Shown: one piece after another, positions 1 through 11,516 of the stretch
How positions within the stretch are numbered: the stretch's first letter is position 1
Layout: each line of letters opens with the position of its first letter
From: Trypethelium eluteriae
Lineage: Eukaryota
NCBI GenBank assembly: GCA_051942245.1
Contig: JAVECL010000085.1
Coordinates: 1-57,540 of the forward strand
DNA: 57,540 nucleotides
Reading direction: 5' to 3'
Program-made: the position numbers and the translations under genes
Notes under the pieces: generated by a model
Databases searched by the model: none
Told to the model about the DNA's origin: nothing
What the model saw: only the letters and a program-made list of their open reading frames with translations

Positions 1-1199
1 CCACAACACCTCCGCCTCCGTCAACTTCGCCGCATCCCCCTCCCCCTCTCCACTCCCCATCGCCACATGCCGACTCACCATCACCGCATGTCTCGCCGCG
101 ACCAACACACTCGGACTGTACCCACCACTGACGTCCGTCCCCAAGCCAATCGTGATGTCCTCAAGAAGCAACTCCCGCACCTTCGCCGCCCCAGACGTCA
201 GCGCCGTGTTGCTGGCAGGACAGTGCGACACCTTCGCCCCCCGCGCGCGTATCAGCGCGACCTCGGCGGGCGAGAGGTGGACCGCGTGCGCGAGGACGGT
301 GCGAGGGCCCAGCAGGCCGTGGTCGTCGTAGACGGCGGTGTAGGAGGGGTGGGACGGGAAGGTGCGGCGGACGAGGTCGAGCTCGGCGTGGTTCTCGGCG
401 ATGTGCGTTTGGATGGGGAGGTTGGTTTCCTTGTGGAGGCGGCCGAGCGCGGAGAGGCAGGCGGGCGTGCAGGATGGGGCGAAGCGTGGGGTGATGATTG
501 GGATGAGGAGCGAGTGCGAGGGGTCGAGCGAGGTGATGTGCTGGATTGTGGCGCGGGTGGCAGCGACGGCGTCTTCGGGGCTGGTGTCGCGGTAGTTGGG
601 AGGGCTCATCGTGTCCATGCAGACGCGGCCGATGAAGGCGCGCTGGTGTTTGGCGTGGCAGATGTCGGCGAGGAGGTTCGTGGCGGGGACGTGGACAGTG
701 GCATAGTAGGCGGCGGTCGTCGTGCCGTGGGACAGTGTGCGGTCGACGATGCGATTGTAAACTTGACGGGCTCGAGCGAGAGACGAGAAAGAGGCTTCCA
801 TAGGGAAGGTATACTTGTCCAACCAGTCAATGAGGGTGGTTTTTCCAAAGATGCCAGCATTGGGATACTGGGGGGCGTGGATATGAGTATCTAAAGAATG
901 ATCAGCATATGCATTTAGCGAGTGGTTATTCGACGTGTGCAATCATTTTTGAAATATCGATCTATCTGCTTACCTATAAAACCAGGAAAGAAGAAGCCAT
1001 GGTCTTTTATCTTAACAACCTTTACGCCTTTCCAGCCCTGCTTCTCTAGTACCGAGGATATATCGTCTACATCTCTTTCGATGAATTCTATTCTTCCAGA
1101 TTCGCCAACACCTATTGCGCCTGCATCGCAGATATCCAATTCTTCGAGTGATTTGCAGTGCGCAAAAGCGCCAACGTAAACGCGCCGTGGAGATCCCAT
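1..1199 (-). CDS. GUD1: Guanine deaminase (amidohydrolase family); 3' end runs off the window
   Basis: Exon 1 (1199-974) encodes MGSPRRVYVGAFAH...FFFPGFI. A GTAAGC...TAG intron spans 973-891. Exon 2 gives DTHIHAPQYPNAGIFGKTTLIDWLDKYTFPMEA, the metal-binding HxH motif region of guanine deaminases. Confidence 0.9.
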
Positions 1200-1497
1200 G
1201 AAAGACAAGGATTTTCGAGATCGGAAGGTATGCTAATGCAGGAGCCGTACAGGATTGTAACACCGTAAGTCAAATCAATTCGTCTGCGATTGAGCTGTTA
1301 AGTGATGCGAGCAAGGATAGTGTTGCACGCAAGACGCAAATTTGTTTGAAGATTGGCGCATTCGAGATCTTGAACGTGATTGGCTGGTAGAGCTTCTTGC
1401 CACTAATGGAAGTTGTACGCGACGGCGATCGGCGTCTTCCGTGTGCTATTAGCTTTGATATCGATGGTGTTTTTCTGCTCATGTACACTCTCGAAGC

Positions 1498-3536
1498 CTA
1501 AAGAGTGTAATCGTGGATGCCAGTCGGTCCATTATCATTGTAATCTGTTCTGTTCATATAGCCCTTATTCGCGCCTTGGTCAACAACGAAGAGGACTTTC
1601 GCCGCAACTTGTGCACCAAGGAACGCAGCTTCCTCATACCCGGCTTCCTTCCATTCAGGGAAGTATTCTGGGATTTTGACCGTCTTGATACTTGTAGGTG
1701 TCTGCCCATGAGACGAATGGGTATTATGGGAATGGTGGGGAGTAAGTGAAGAAGAAGATGGGTTCAAATGTGGGACTTGAGCAGTCGTTGCGGCAAGGAG
1801 CAATGGATTGACATGGCTACCATGTGGTGGATGCATTTGAGGCTGTGGAGTGTTTGCTCCGGTCCCGGTAGGAGTGGAGATGTTGGAAGGAATTTCCGAT
1901 GTAAAGATTGTGGCAGAGGATGGTGAGATCAAGTACTTGCTCGATAGAGTTGCCAATAATGCCTCTTTGAAACCTGAACCCTTGATTAGCTAGCTCAAGA
2001 GTGATTATAATACCAACCTACCTCTGACTCTAGAGCCATTCCCACAGATGACGAGAGAGTCCCAGAGTTCGGATCGCTTGTTTACCTCTTCAACAGACAT
2101 TATGGTTCGATGAATAGCATCTGCTATTCTCTCAATTATGCCATCCGAGGCAACCTGGAACCGTTCGAGGCCAACTTCGATTTCACGTCGGATGGCACCT
2201 CTTGGAGGTGCTCTGGTATGGCCTTCGGCCTCGACACCGTTAACGCCATCAGTGGCAGACATCGGGGCATCTTTATGCGAACCCTCGTCGAGTCTAGCTT
2301 GTGCCTCGGCCATCTCATCCCCACTGAGGTTCTTTTCCTTGAGTGCGTCCAGAAGAGCATGGTCGTCATAGAGAAAGGTGCTACGTTCGCGTTTTGAGTT
2401 GGGCAACCGTACTGGTTTTGCTTGTTGGGCCGTTGCATCTGAGCCCTTCTTCCTCGCTGCAACCTTGTCAGCTTTATCGGCCTTTTCCCTTTCCTTGCGA
2501 GCTAGATATTCATTCATCTTTCCGCCTGTGACAATGCTTGCAACATCTAGAACGCCCTCACTCTCTTCTTCATCTTTCAACTCTTCTCCAACCTGAGTAT
2601 CGGGACCGGGACCAATGGGAGCATTACCCATGGCTCCAGCGGTATTTCGCTGACCAGGACCTGAACCGGCAGCTCCAGTAGAAGCTGCAGCTGCGGGATT
2701 AGTGACTCCGTCTTCTTTGCCATCAGCTGATCCTGGGAGAGGAGTATCGGGTGGGAGGATCTCGCAGATTTGACTGCGCTTTAATTGCTCGCACATTTCG
2801 CGCTTGAAACCGCGGGGCCCAAGTAGCTGGAGAAGTCGCTGGGTCATTGCTTCACCTCCAATATTCGGTATAGCGATTCCTCGGCCTCTGTCGTGTACGC
2901 AGAAATCACTGACTGCGGTGATGTCTGCCTTGTCGAGTCCGACGTCCACAACCGTACCTGTGTGGCATCCAAAAGCGTAACATGACGCCATGGCCGAGTC
3001 CATCAGAGCGAATGCCGGTATCTTGAACTTTTCGAAGAAGAACTGAGCAAGCTTCTCGTGATCTCGAGGAGTCCATGCTGGCTGCGAAATGAGAATAATG
3101 GGTGTGTGGAATGGCGGATTCAAGGTATTGTAAACGTGGTTCATCAGAGCGTAGAAACAGGGCCAATCAGTAATCCTGCCTCCAGTCATAGGCCACGCCG
3201 CTCCATCCTCTGAGACAAAGTCTTCTTCCAAGACCAGGCTCTCTTCGTTATTGCCTACGGTCTCCCCATCTGCAGATGTTCCGTTCTCTGGACCACTAGC
3301 AGGTCGCCGTTCCTTCACACGAATTTTGTATGGCTCATATTGACCCGTCTTCTGGGCTGGAAACATGCACGAGCGGACTCGAACTTTGGCTGGAGTGAAA
3401 GATTCAGGCAAGCCAAGCTGCGCGAGAGTAGTCAACGATCCTGGAGCAATCACCTGTGGTCATGTTAGGAATCTCTGCAACTTGAAACATGTGGGGGTTT
3501 GCGCACGATGATCTGGTCATCTTTGAAAGCCGGCAT
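1498..3536 (-). CDS. ARP9: Actin-related protein Arp9 (SWI/SNF and RSC subunit), 3 exons
   Basis: MPAFKDDQII|VIAPGSLTTLAQLGLPESFTPA start. Actin-fold motifs FFFEKFKIPAFALMDS, VVDVG and LVICGNGSRVRG. C-terminus KIPEYFPEWK...AAFLGAQVAAK. Introns at about 3506-3454 and 2020-1977. Confidence 0.85.
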
Positions 3537-3760
3537 GATGCCTGAAGAATCGTAATCGCACTCAAGCTATCTCAGAAATATAGCTCGCAGCGAGAGCTTG
3601 AGAAATTATTTTGAATAACCGCGCGCAACACCGCAAGAGATGCGGGCCGAGAACGCGACGCGCCCAGCCTTACTTCAGGGTCGATTATGTAATCACGCCA
3701 CTTTCCACCTCCTCCAACCGGTTTTCGATGTTAGTAGGTTTCAAGTGGTGAAAGCCAAAG

Positions 3761-3787
3761 ACTCTTAGTACTCTTAGTACTCTTAGT
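3761..3787. repeat. Perfect 9-bp tandem repeat (ACTCTTAGT)x3 in the ARP9/NTE1 divergent promoter
   Basis: Directly visible: actcttagt actcttagt actcttagt. Confidence 0.85.
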
Positions 3788-4026
3788 CCTCTTTCGAATC
3801 AGGCTTTGCCTGCGAGACTTTTCTTCAAAACTATATCTCGGCCATAAAAAAAACTCGGGCGAGATCAGTGCGCGATGTTGTCGGCTGTCCTCATGACCAG
3901 ATACCTGCTTCGGACATCCGTAGACTTGTTCGCTGGATAATCATTCTGCGGATCCTTGCTGTGTTGCTTCACCAGCTTGGACCCGCGGCTTGGAACCCAG
4001 ATCTTTCTTTGCCTGTTCACGTCAGG

Positions 4027-7000
4027 ATGCGGTTTCTGATACTGGTCCTGGCAGCGATTTCCTGTCGCGCCCTTTCCTTAGAAACAGATGCTACAATGGA
4101 TTCATCTAGTTCTCATGATACGCTTACCGGCCTCGCTACAACCAGCGCCAGCGCCAGCGCGAGCGCCGCAGTCCAAAAGATCACTGATAGTGCCGCATCC
4201 TTCGGTCCCATAGGACGTGCTATATTGGCAATAGTGCGATATGTTCCCATTGCCCTTTTTTGGCTTATTTCATTTGCTACTATCACTCTTCCGACATGGG
4301 TTTTCACCGTCCTGTCCATGAGTCTGACTTTCACAATGAATATGACTACTCTGTAAGCAGAAACCTACTGGAAAGAAGAGAAAAGACTAACAGGTAGTAA
4401 GGTTACTCATTATTGTTGCCTTTGCATCTACCGTGAGTTGGATCGTACGTTACCGTTTTCTTGGCATGTACAGCCATTTGCCCGCAGAGCCTCAACGGAA
4501 GGATCCGCAAATCGATGTTTTTCCAGAATCCCAGGAAGGTGACTCAAAGCCAGGCCTTTCCAATTATCTTGACGAGTTCTTGAGTGCCATCAAGGTTTTT
4601 GGTTATTTGGAAAGGCACGTCTTCCACGAGTTGACACGAACCATGCAAACGAGGAAACTAATCGCTGGAGAAACGCTGTTGCTCGAGGAAGAAAAAGGCT
4701 TCTGTCTCGTCGTTGATGGACTCGTCCAGATATTTGTCAAGTCAAATCGGCAAGGGGAGGATGAAAGTAGAGAATTTAATCTCCTAGGAGATGATTCACA
4801 GGACGAGCACTCTGGTCAACGGGAAGGCAACCAAGGCTATCAGTTGTTGACCGAAGTCAAGAACGGAGCCCCAATGTCATCCCTCTTCTCAATACTCTCA
4901 CTGTTCACAGAAGATGTGAAATTGCGACACGATCAACATGAAGCCTCTGGCCTGGAATCTGTGCCAAATACCGCCGGGTTGCATCATCTCAAGCTTGGGG
5001 CTCAGACTTCTATGACTGGAGGCAGGCCAGCCACGCCCGATACAGCAGGGACAAGTCCTATAATTACCCCCTTGAGTCCCAACATCAAACCAGGAAACCA
5101 CCAGCGTCGTCCATCAAATGTTTCGCGACCTCAATCTGTAGGCAGACTCTCAAACATACCACCTCTAGATTTGGACGTAGAACCCGAGGAGCATCTTCAG
5201 CACGAAAAGCATTACCAATTTTCAAAGCCTAAGCGCCGAAAGTCTGCGCATCCAGATATAGTAGCAAGAGCTACTACAGACACGACCATAGCAATCATCC
5301 CTGCGACAGCATTCCATCGCCTAACCAGGGTGTACCCTAAGGCCACTGCCCATATCATTCAAGTTATTCTAACAAGGCTTCAACGTGTCACGCTTGCAAC
5401 TGGCCATGCCTACCTTGGGCTGACAAGTGAAGTTTTGCAGACTGAGAAGCTAATGAACAGGTATACCACCCACGAACTTCCAGGTTTTCTTCGCGGTTCT
5501 GCGCTTGAGCGGTTGAAGGGCAAGTTCCAAACAGAAAAGGAACGCATTGGACGCGAGGAAGGAATGAAGGGCATTGCTTTGCACAATACCTCATCAGGTC
5601 AACCAAGACGATGGAGTAGTGGGCTTCGCCGTGAAGCAGCTACACAGGCGCAGCTAGCAATGATGAGACGTGCAGCACCCAGTACTGACTCCGTTCCGCG
5701 CGTCACAACACCCATTGCTGAACGGAATGGGATCAGTGCGGGCGACCTGCTAACCAACTCGTATCCAGCGAGACCTGGGGGTCGACAAACTAGGGTTAGC
5801 TTTTCGCAGCCCGCGGAGAACCTGCCTTCATCGCGACGCGACGTCTTCAACCCATTGGAGCGGGAGATTGTAACTCCTTTTGCAAGTCCGGTCCGTCCAT
5901 CTATACACATGCACCGACAAGACTCAATGGATGAGGACATGCAATTCCGCGAATCTATCTTGGATTGCATGTTTAAAGCCATTGGATTGTCCCCGAGCAA
6001 GATCAGTATACGGAAGCCCGTTTCTGTCGAGCAGTCTCCACGACTCGTATCTTATGATTCAAGGCGTCAAAAGGCAGTTTTCAACAATGCTTTCGGCCTG
6101 ATGGAACCATATGACGTTTCTGCAGACGGTGACACCGATTCTATTACCTCCACATCCATTGCCACTACCAGCACAACTGCGCCTTTGAACATTTTAGAAG
6201 AGTTGAGGAATGAGATTGAAATCGTCTACTTTCCCAAAGACGCTGTTCTTGTCGAACAAGGTGAGCGAAATCCAGGGCTCTATTACGTGATTGATGGCTT
6301 CTTGGACGTGGGCGTACCCATTGACGAGTACGACACGGAGACCAACGTGCTCGGGACGTCTCCTCAGTCGCCAGATCTGATGGCTTCGGAATTGTTTGGC
6401 GAAGCAGCTTACAAGCCTAACACACCTTCGTCCAGTCGCTCGAGTGCTGGTGCGAATGATTCGAAGAAAAGGAAGACACCGAGAAGGAGGAGTCTATTCA
6501 CCACCAAGCCAGGAGGCTTAGCTGGATACCTTGGGACCGTATCTTCGCATAGATCCTTCATTGACGTCACGGCAAAGACAGACGTATATGTTGGATTTCT
6601 GCCACGTGCCGTGATTGAAAGGATCGTTGAACGTCACCCAATTGTTCTTCTAACAATGGCCAAGAGACTGACTACTTTACTGCCTCGTATCATCCTTCAC
6701 ATCGACTTCGCGCTGGAGTGGGTCCAAGTCAACGCCGGTCAGGCTATTTACCATCAGAATGATGAAAGTGATGCCATTTACATTGTTCTGAATGGGCGAC
6801 TTAGGGCTATCCAAGAATCGCAGAACGAGTCGATCAAGGTCACAGGCGAATACGGTCAAGGTGACAGTGTTGGAGAGCTTGAAGTCCTAACGGAAACAGC
6901 ACGATCAAGTACTTTGCATGCTATTCGCGACACAGAAATGGCTAAGCTTCCACGAACACTCTTCAACAGTCTGGCATCAGAACATCCCGGAATTACCATG

Positions 7001-8765
7001 AAAATTTCCAGGATTATTGCGTCTAGGATGCGACAGCTTATCGAGGACCCGTTACGAGACGTTGGACGCGAGCGGACTTCTGCTGTACAGACAAGCAAGG
7101 CGTCGTCGACTGTGAATCTCCGAACAGTAGCAATCATTCCAGTTACTGCAGGCGTACCTGTGGTTGAATTCGGAAATCGTCTTTTGAACGCACTGACACA
7201 AATCGGCATTTCAAATGGAATTACTTCCCTTAATCAATCAGCGATCCTCAACCATCTAGGGCGACATGCCTTTAGTAGGATGGGAAAATTGAAGTTATCG
7301 CAGTATCTTGCAGATCTTGAAGATAAATATGGACTTGTGCTCTATATTGCTGACACTCCTGTCAAGTCACCTTGGACTCAGACATGCATCAGCCAAGCGG
7401 ACTGCATCCTCCTTGTTGGACTTGCAGAAGGATCGCCTGCCATCGGTGAATACGAGAGGTTTCTCTTGACGACCAAGACAACAGCGCGTAAGGAATTAGT
7501 TCTACTTCATGCTGAGAGATATTGTCCACCCGGCTTGACCAGGCGATGGCTGCGAAATCGTGTCTGGATCAATGGAAGCCATCACCACATACAGATGCCG
7601 TATCGTAGCGCACCAGAGCCCGTCCATCCACCAGAAAACCAGTTTGGTTCCGCTCTTAAGAAGCGAGTTCAGACGATCCAGGCGGAGATTCAGAAATATA
7701 CTTCGCGCAAAGTGCGCCAAACGCCACTGTATTCGGCTGAATCGCCATTCAAAGGCGACTTTTACAGGCTAGCTCGCCGTTTATGCGGCAAATCTGTCGG
7801 TCTGGTCCTGGGTGGCGGAGGCGCGAGAGGCATTGCCCATGTAGGGATTTTGAGAGCTCTCGAAGAGGCAGGCATACCCATTGATATAGTTGGAGGAACT
7901 TCTATTGGCGCTTTCATTGGAGCGCTTTACGCTTGGGATGCTGACGTAGTGCCCATGTACGGACGAGCGAAGAAATTTTGTGGTCGGATGGGTAGCTTTT
8001 GGAGGCTGGTTCTGGATGTTACGTACCCATCGCAAGTCAAATCCTCCTTCGAAAGGGCTCTAGTACTAATCGCTGGACAGCGTCTCTTACACCACGGGCC
8101 ATGAATTCAATCGAGGCCTTTTCAAGACGTTGGGCAACGCCCAAATCGAAGACTTCTGGCTCGAATTTTACTGCAACACAACGAACATAAGCAGAAGCCG
8201 ATGCGAAATTCATACCAGCGGCTATGTTTGGCGTTATGTACGTGCCTCGATGACCCTTGCCGGCTTATTACCTCCGCTTTGTGACGAAGGAGACATGCTA
8301 CTCGATGGTGGCTACGTCGACAATCTTACCGTGCAACATATGAAATCGCTTGGCGCAGATGTCATCTTTGCTGTCGACGTGGGTGCACTCGACGATAATA
8401 CTCCCCAAACCTATGGAGATTCACTGTCGGGGTTCTGGGCTTCATTCAACCGATGGAACCCCTTCTCCTCTCATCCGAACCCCCCAACCCTCCAGGAAAT
8501 TCAGGCTAGGCTCGCGTATGTCTCGAGTGTAGACGCGCTCGAGAGGGCAAAGACAACGCCAGGCTGTCGATTCATGCGTCCACCGATCGATCCATATGGA
8601 ACATTGGCTTTTGACAAGTTCGAGGAGATCGATCAGGTAGGATATCAGTATGGGAGGCAATATCTGGCGCAGCTGAAAGCAGATGGGGTATTGCCCGTGA
8701 TGGAGGAGACAGAAGAGAAGAAGAATCTGAGAAGGACCATGGCTCCGCGACGAGCGAGCATTTGA
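4027..8765 (+). CDS. NTE1: Lysophospholipase NTE1 (cNMP-binding domains plus patatin domain), 3 exons
   Basis: N-terminal hydrophobic segments, cyclic-nucleotide-binding repeats, and patatin motifs GGGGARG, GTSIG and DGG. Introns at 4353-4401 (GT-AAG) and 8032-8080 (GC-AG). The start could alternatively be 4096. Confidence 0.95.
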
Positions 8766-9161
8766 TCATTATAGATACCCTTAAACTTGTACTTGTGTAT
8801 TTTTGCTGTACATACAACACGTTCAACTATGCAGCTACTACATTCTACAAAGCACATTCAGTGAATTTGCACGTCTCACTACAACGCTTTTCTGTCACAG
8901 GAGCGGGCAATTCCCAGCTACAAGGCTAGTAATTTGCGCTTTACATAAATCTCAAAAGAAGAACAAAAATGGGAAGGGGGAAGAGACAAGAAAATAAAAA
9001 ATTCAAGGCAGAGCTAACTCTAGAGGTCTAATATTCTTGCCCTGTGGAGCTTAAGAGGACACCAGTCCAAATCTTAGCGACCTCCAGCGTCCTCAAGCCT
9101 TTGACGTAAGAACCAACGTATAATACAAACTAGAAGAAGCAAAAAAAAGAAAACAATAAAA

Positions 9162-9280
9162 ACTTGCAATACCCCGTATTCGCTGCTGGTCACCCACGCA
9201 ACTACTGACGAGGCGGCAACGTGCTTAACGTATCGAGAGCGGACGGGATCGAGTGCTTTCACGTTCCTATGATCGCAAGT
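9162..9280 (-). rRNA. Dispersed 5S rRNA gene (119 nt, divergent type)
   Basis: The reverse complement ACTTGCGATCATAGG...GATCCCGTCCGCTC...TTAAGC...AGTAGTTGCGTGGGTGACCAGCAGCGAATACGGGGTATTGCAAGT keeps the conserved 5S loops and a terminal helix. It is followed by a T5 Pol III terminator and has TATAAA at about -29 to -24. Confidence 0.93.
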
Positions 9281-9825
9281 GAGGCTTGAAGATTATATTG
9301 CAGTTTATATGCGACCAAATTCACTAGCTACGCTTTGATTCCCATGCACAACTGTATTCGTGCATTTCTTCCAAATGAAGGGCCCATTGTGTTTGGCGTA
9401 AGGAAATGAGTGAACACACGCGACACTGTGTCTACGCTGCCGTTGGATCACTTCTTGTGACCACTGAGTAGTCGTTGCGCCAGTCGAACGATTGAGCACG
9501 TTTTTCCCACGCTACGCTAGGCATTGCATAATGCCCCGAATCACCAGCGTGGATCAATATATTGGCTACCGTACCGGCAATGAATCTGATACGTTGGACT
9601 TTGTTAGTTCGATCGCCATGAGATACAAGGATTCCGGTGACCGTGGGCCAGTGAAGTGCCGCCGATTTCTACATTGGCTTGAGATAAGTACCAAAGCTTA
9701 AACAAGTGCTCAATGAGAGCAAGCCCCCTATGCCCTAGACGCCGACCAAATGCTTTAATGCCAGCACGCTGTCTTGATGCTACCATTTTGAACGCCTTCT
9801 CGACAAGTTCTCCTATCCTTCTCGT

Positions 9826-10752
9826 TCATTCTTCCGATTGGACGGTTTGCTGTAAAAAGCACGCGGGGTCAGCCTTTCCCTACAATCTCGAAGCTCCCCA
9901 CGATGGCAGAGGCCTCAGCCAGAGTGTCCTCTCAAGAGAACAGCATAGCACACAACCCTCCACGTCAAATGGGAAAGTGACTCACCACCAACCAATCCAT
10001 ACCCTCCCCAACCCCTCTCCCGTCTACAGCGCTGCACGCCACAATACTCCAATTTCGATCCCTCAGCTCCCCCAAACTCAGTGCCTCGCTGATTTCACCG
10101 GCTCCTTTTGCGCCTGGCTGATCCTGCTTATTCGCGAATACCAGCAGCGCCGCATCCCGTAACTCTTCCTCACTGAGCATCGCTGCCAGCTCGTCAGATG
10201 CAGTGGAGAGGCGGTCAAGATCAGTGGAGTCGACGACGAAGATGACGGCGGCGGTGTTGGCATAGTAGCAGCGCCAGTAGGGGCGTATGGAGGTTTGACC
10301 ACCAAGGTCCTGTCCACGAGGCGTTTATGAGTACGGGTATATATCGACGGAGGAGAAGATGGGGGTAGGGAGGAGGAAGGAGGGTAGTTCATACCCAGAC
10401 ATTGAAGTTGAGGTTTTTATAGGTGACGGATTCGACGTTGAAACCTATAGTGGGTATTGTGGTCACGACTTCTCCTATCTGCATTTGAGGACCTGTCAGC
10501 GATCTGGCTTCTGGCAGGAGGAATTGCAGACTGATGGAGCTACAGAAAAGTAGCCCTAGTGCGTGACCGTACCTTAAGCCTGTACAATAACGTCGTCTTT
10601 CCCGCATTATCCTATTCCAAAGCAAGCCATCAGTCTCCGTCGTAATGTTGGTCGCCTGGAACTGGTAGGCATCGTACAAGACCTAATATCAAAATCCGAA
10701 TCTCTTTCTTTGACCAGATTAGTGCCGATAGCCTGGACAGATAGCCACCCAT
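9826..10752 (-). CDS. ARL1: ADP-ribosylation factor-like GTPase Arl1, 5 exons
   Basis: The spliced product reads MGGYLSRL...[36 protein letters not shown]...[19 protein letters not shown]...NKQD...[28 protein letters not shown] is diagnostic of Arl1. Confidence 0.95.
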
Positions 10753-11516
10753 TGCAGCGCCTCTTCCTGACACCAGCTGGCGGTAACCCGTCTCACGCCC
10801 ACAAGAATGTGTAGTGTGCCTGCAGACTAGCTAGTGCGTATAATAGAAAAAGAACGGACCGGGACGCGCGATGCGAAGGAGTTGGGAAGTAGTACCGAAC
10901 AACTAGGGAGATGGAGGAGACAGCGCTGGAAACGCGACGACTAGACTTCAGATTGGGACGTAGGATGTGGCAAGCAAGCAGGGAAAAGGCGAGCAGGAGA
11001 CGGACATGTCGATTCCCAAGACAAGACGGCATGAAATCGCGCCGGGATCCCCAGGATGGCGGCCGAGATTTTGTCAGCCACTCATGAGGCTACAGCAGCC
11101 AATGCGAAAACGTCTTGGGCTTCTTTGTCCATCTTTGCTTCCCGGCTTGGGTTTGCCCCTGCACCTCCTGGGAGATCTCCCGAGATCCGCAGGCGAGCGG
11201 CATTGAAGACTGCTCGTATTTACTAGACTCAAATCTTATGAGAGCTCGAAATCTTACATGTAGATCAAGGTCAATGTTACGGAGTACTCTTCCCATCAAT
11301 TCCTCCTTGTTACGACTACCTTCTCATCCATATCACATTACTCATTCACCTCGTCGAACTCGTGCCTATATACGTGGTGGCACCTCTATCTACGCAAAGT
11401 ATCTTATCCAACCCCTGTCTTATCCCAAGGCATCGATAGATCATCAAACTTCCAATCCACCTCGTATCTACCCAGACTTTCCTCTCTTCCTTCTTGTAGA
11501 AACCGAGACCGCACCA

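Noticed and set aside
67..894. 275-aa plus-strand ORF
   Set aside because: Antisense shadow of the GC-rich guanine deaminase exon 2.
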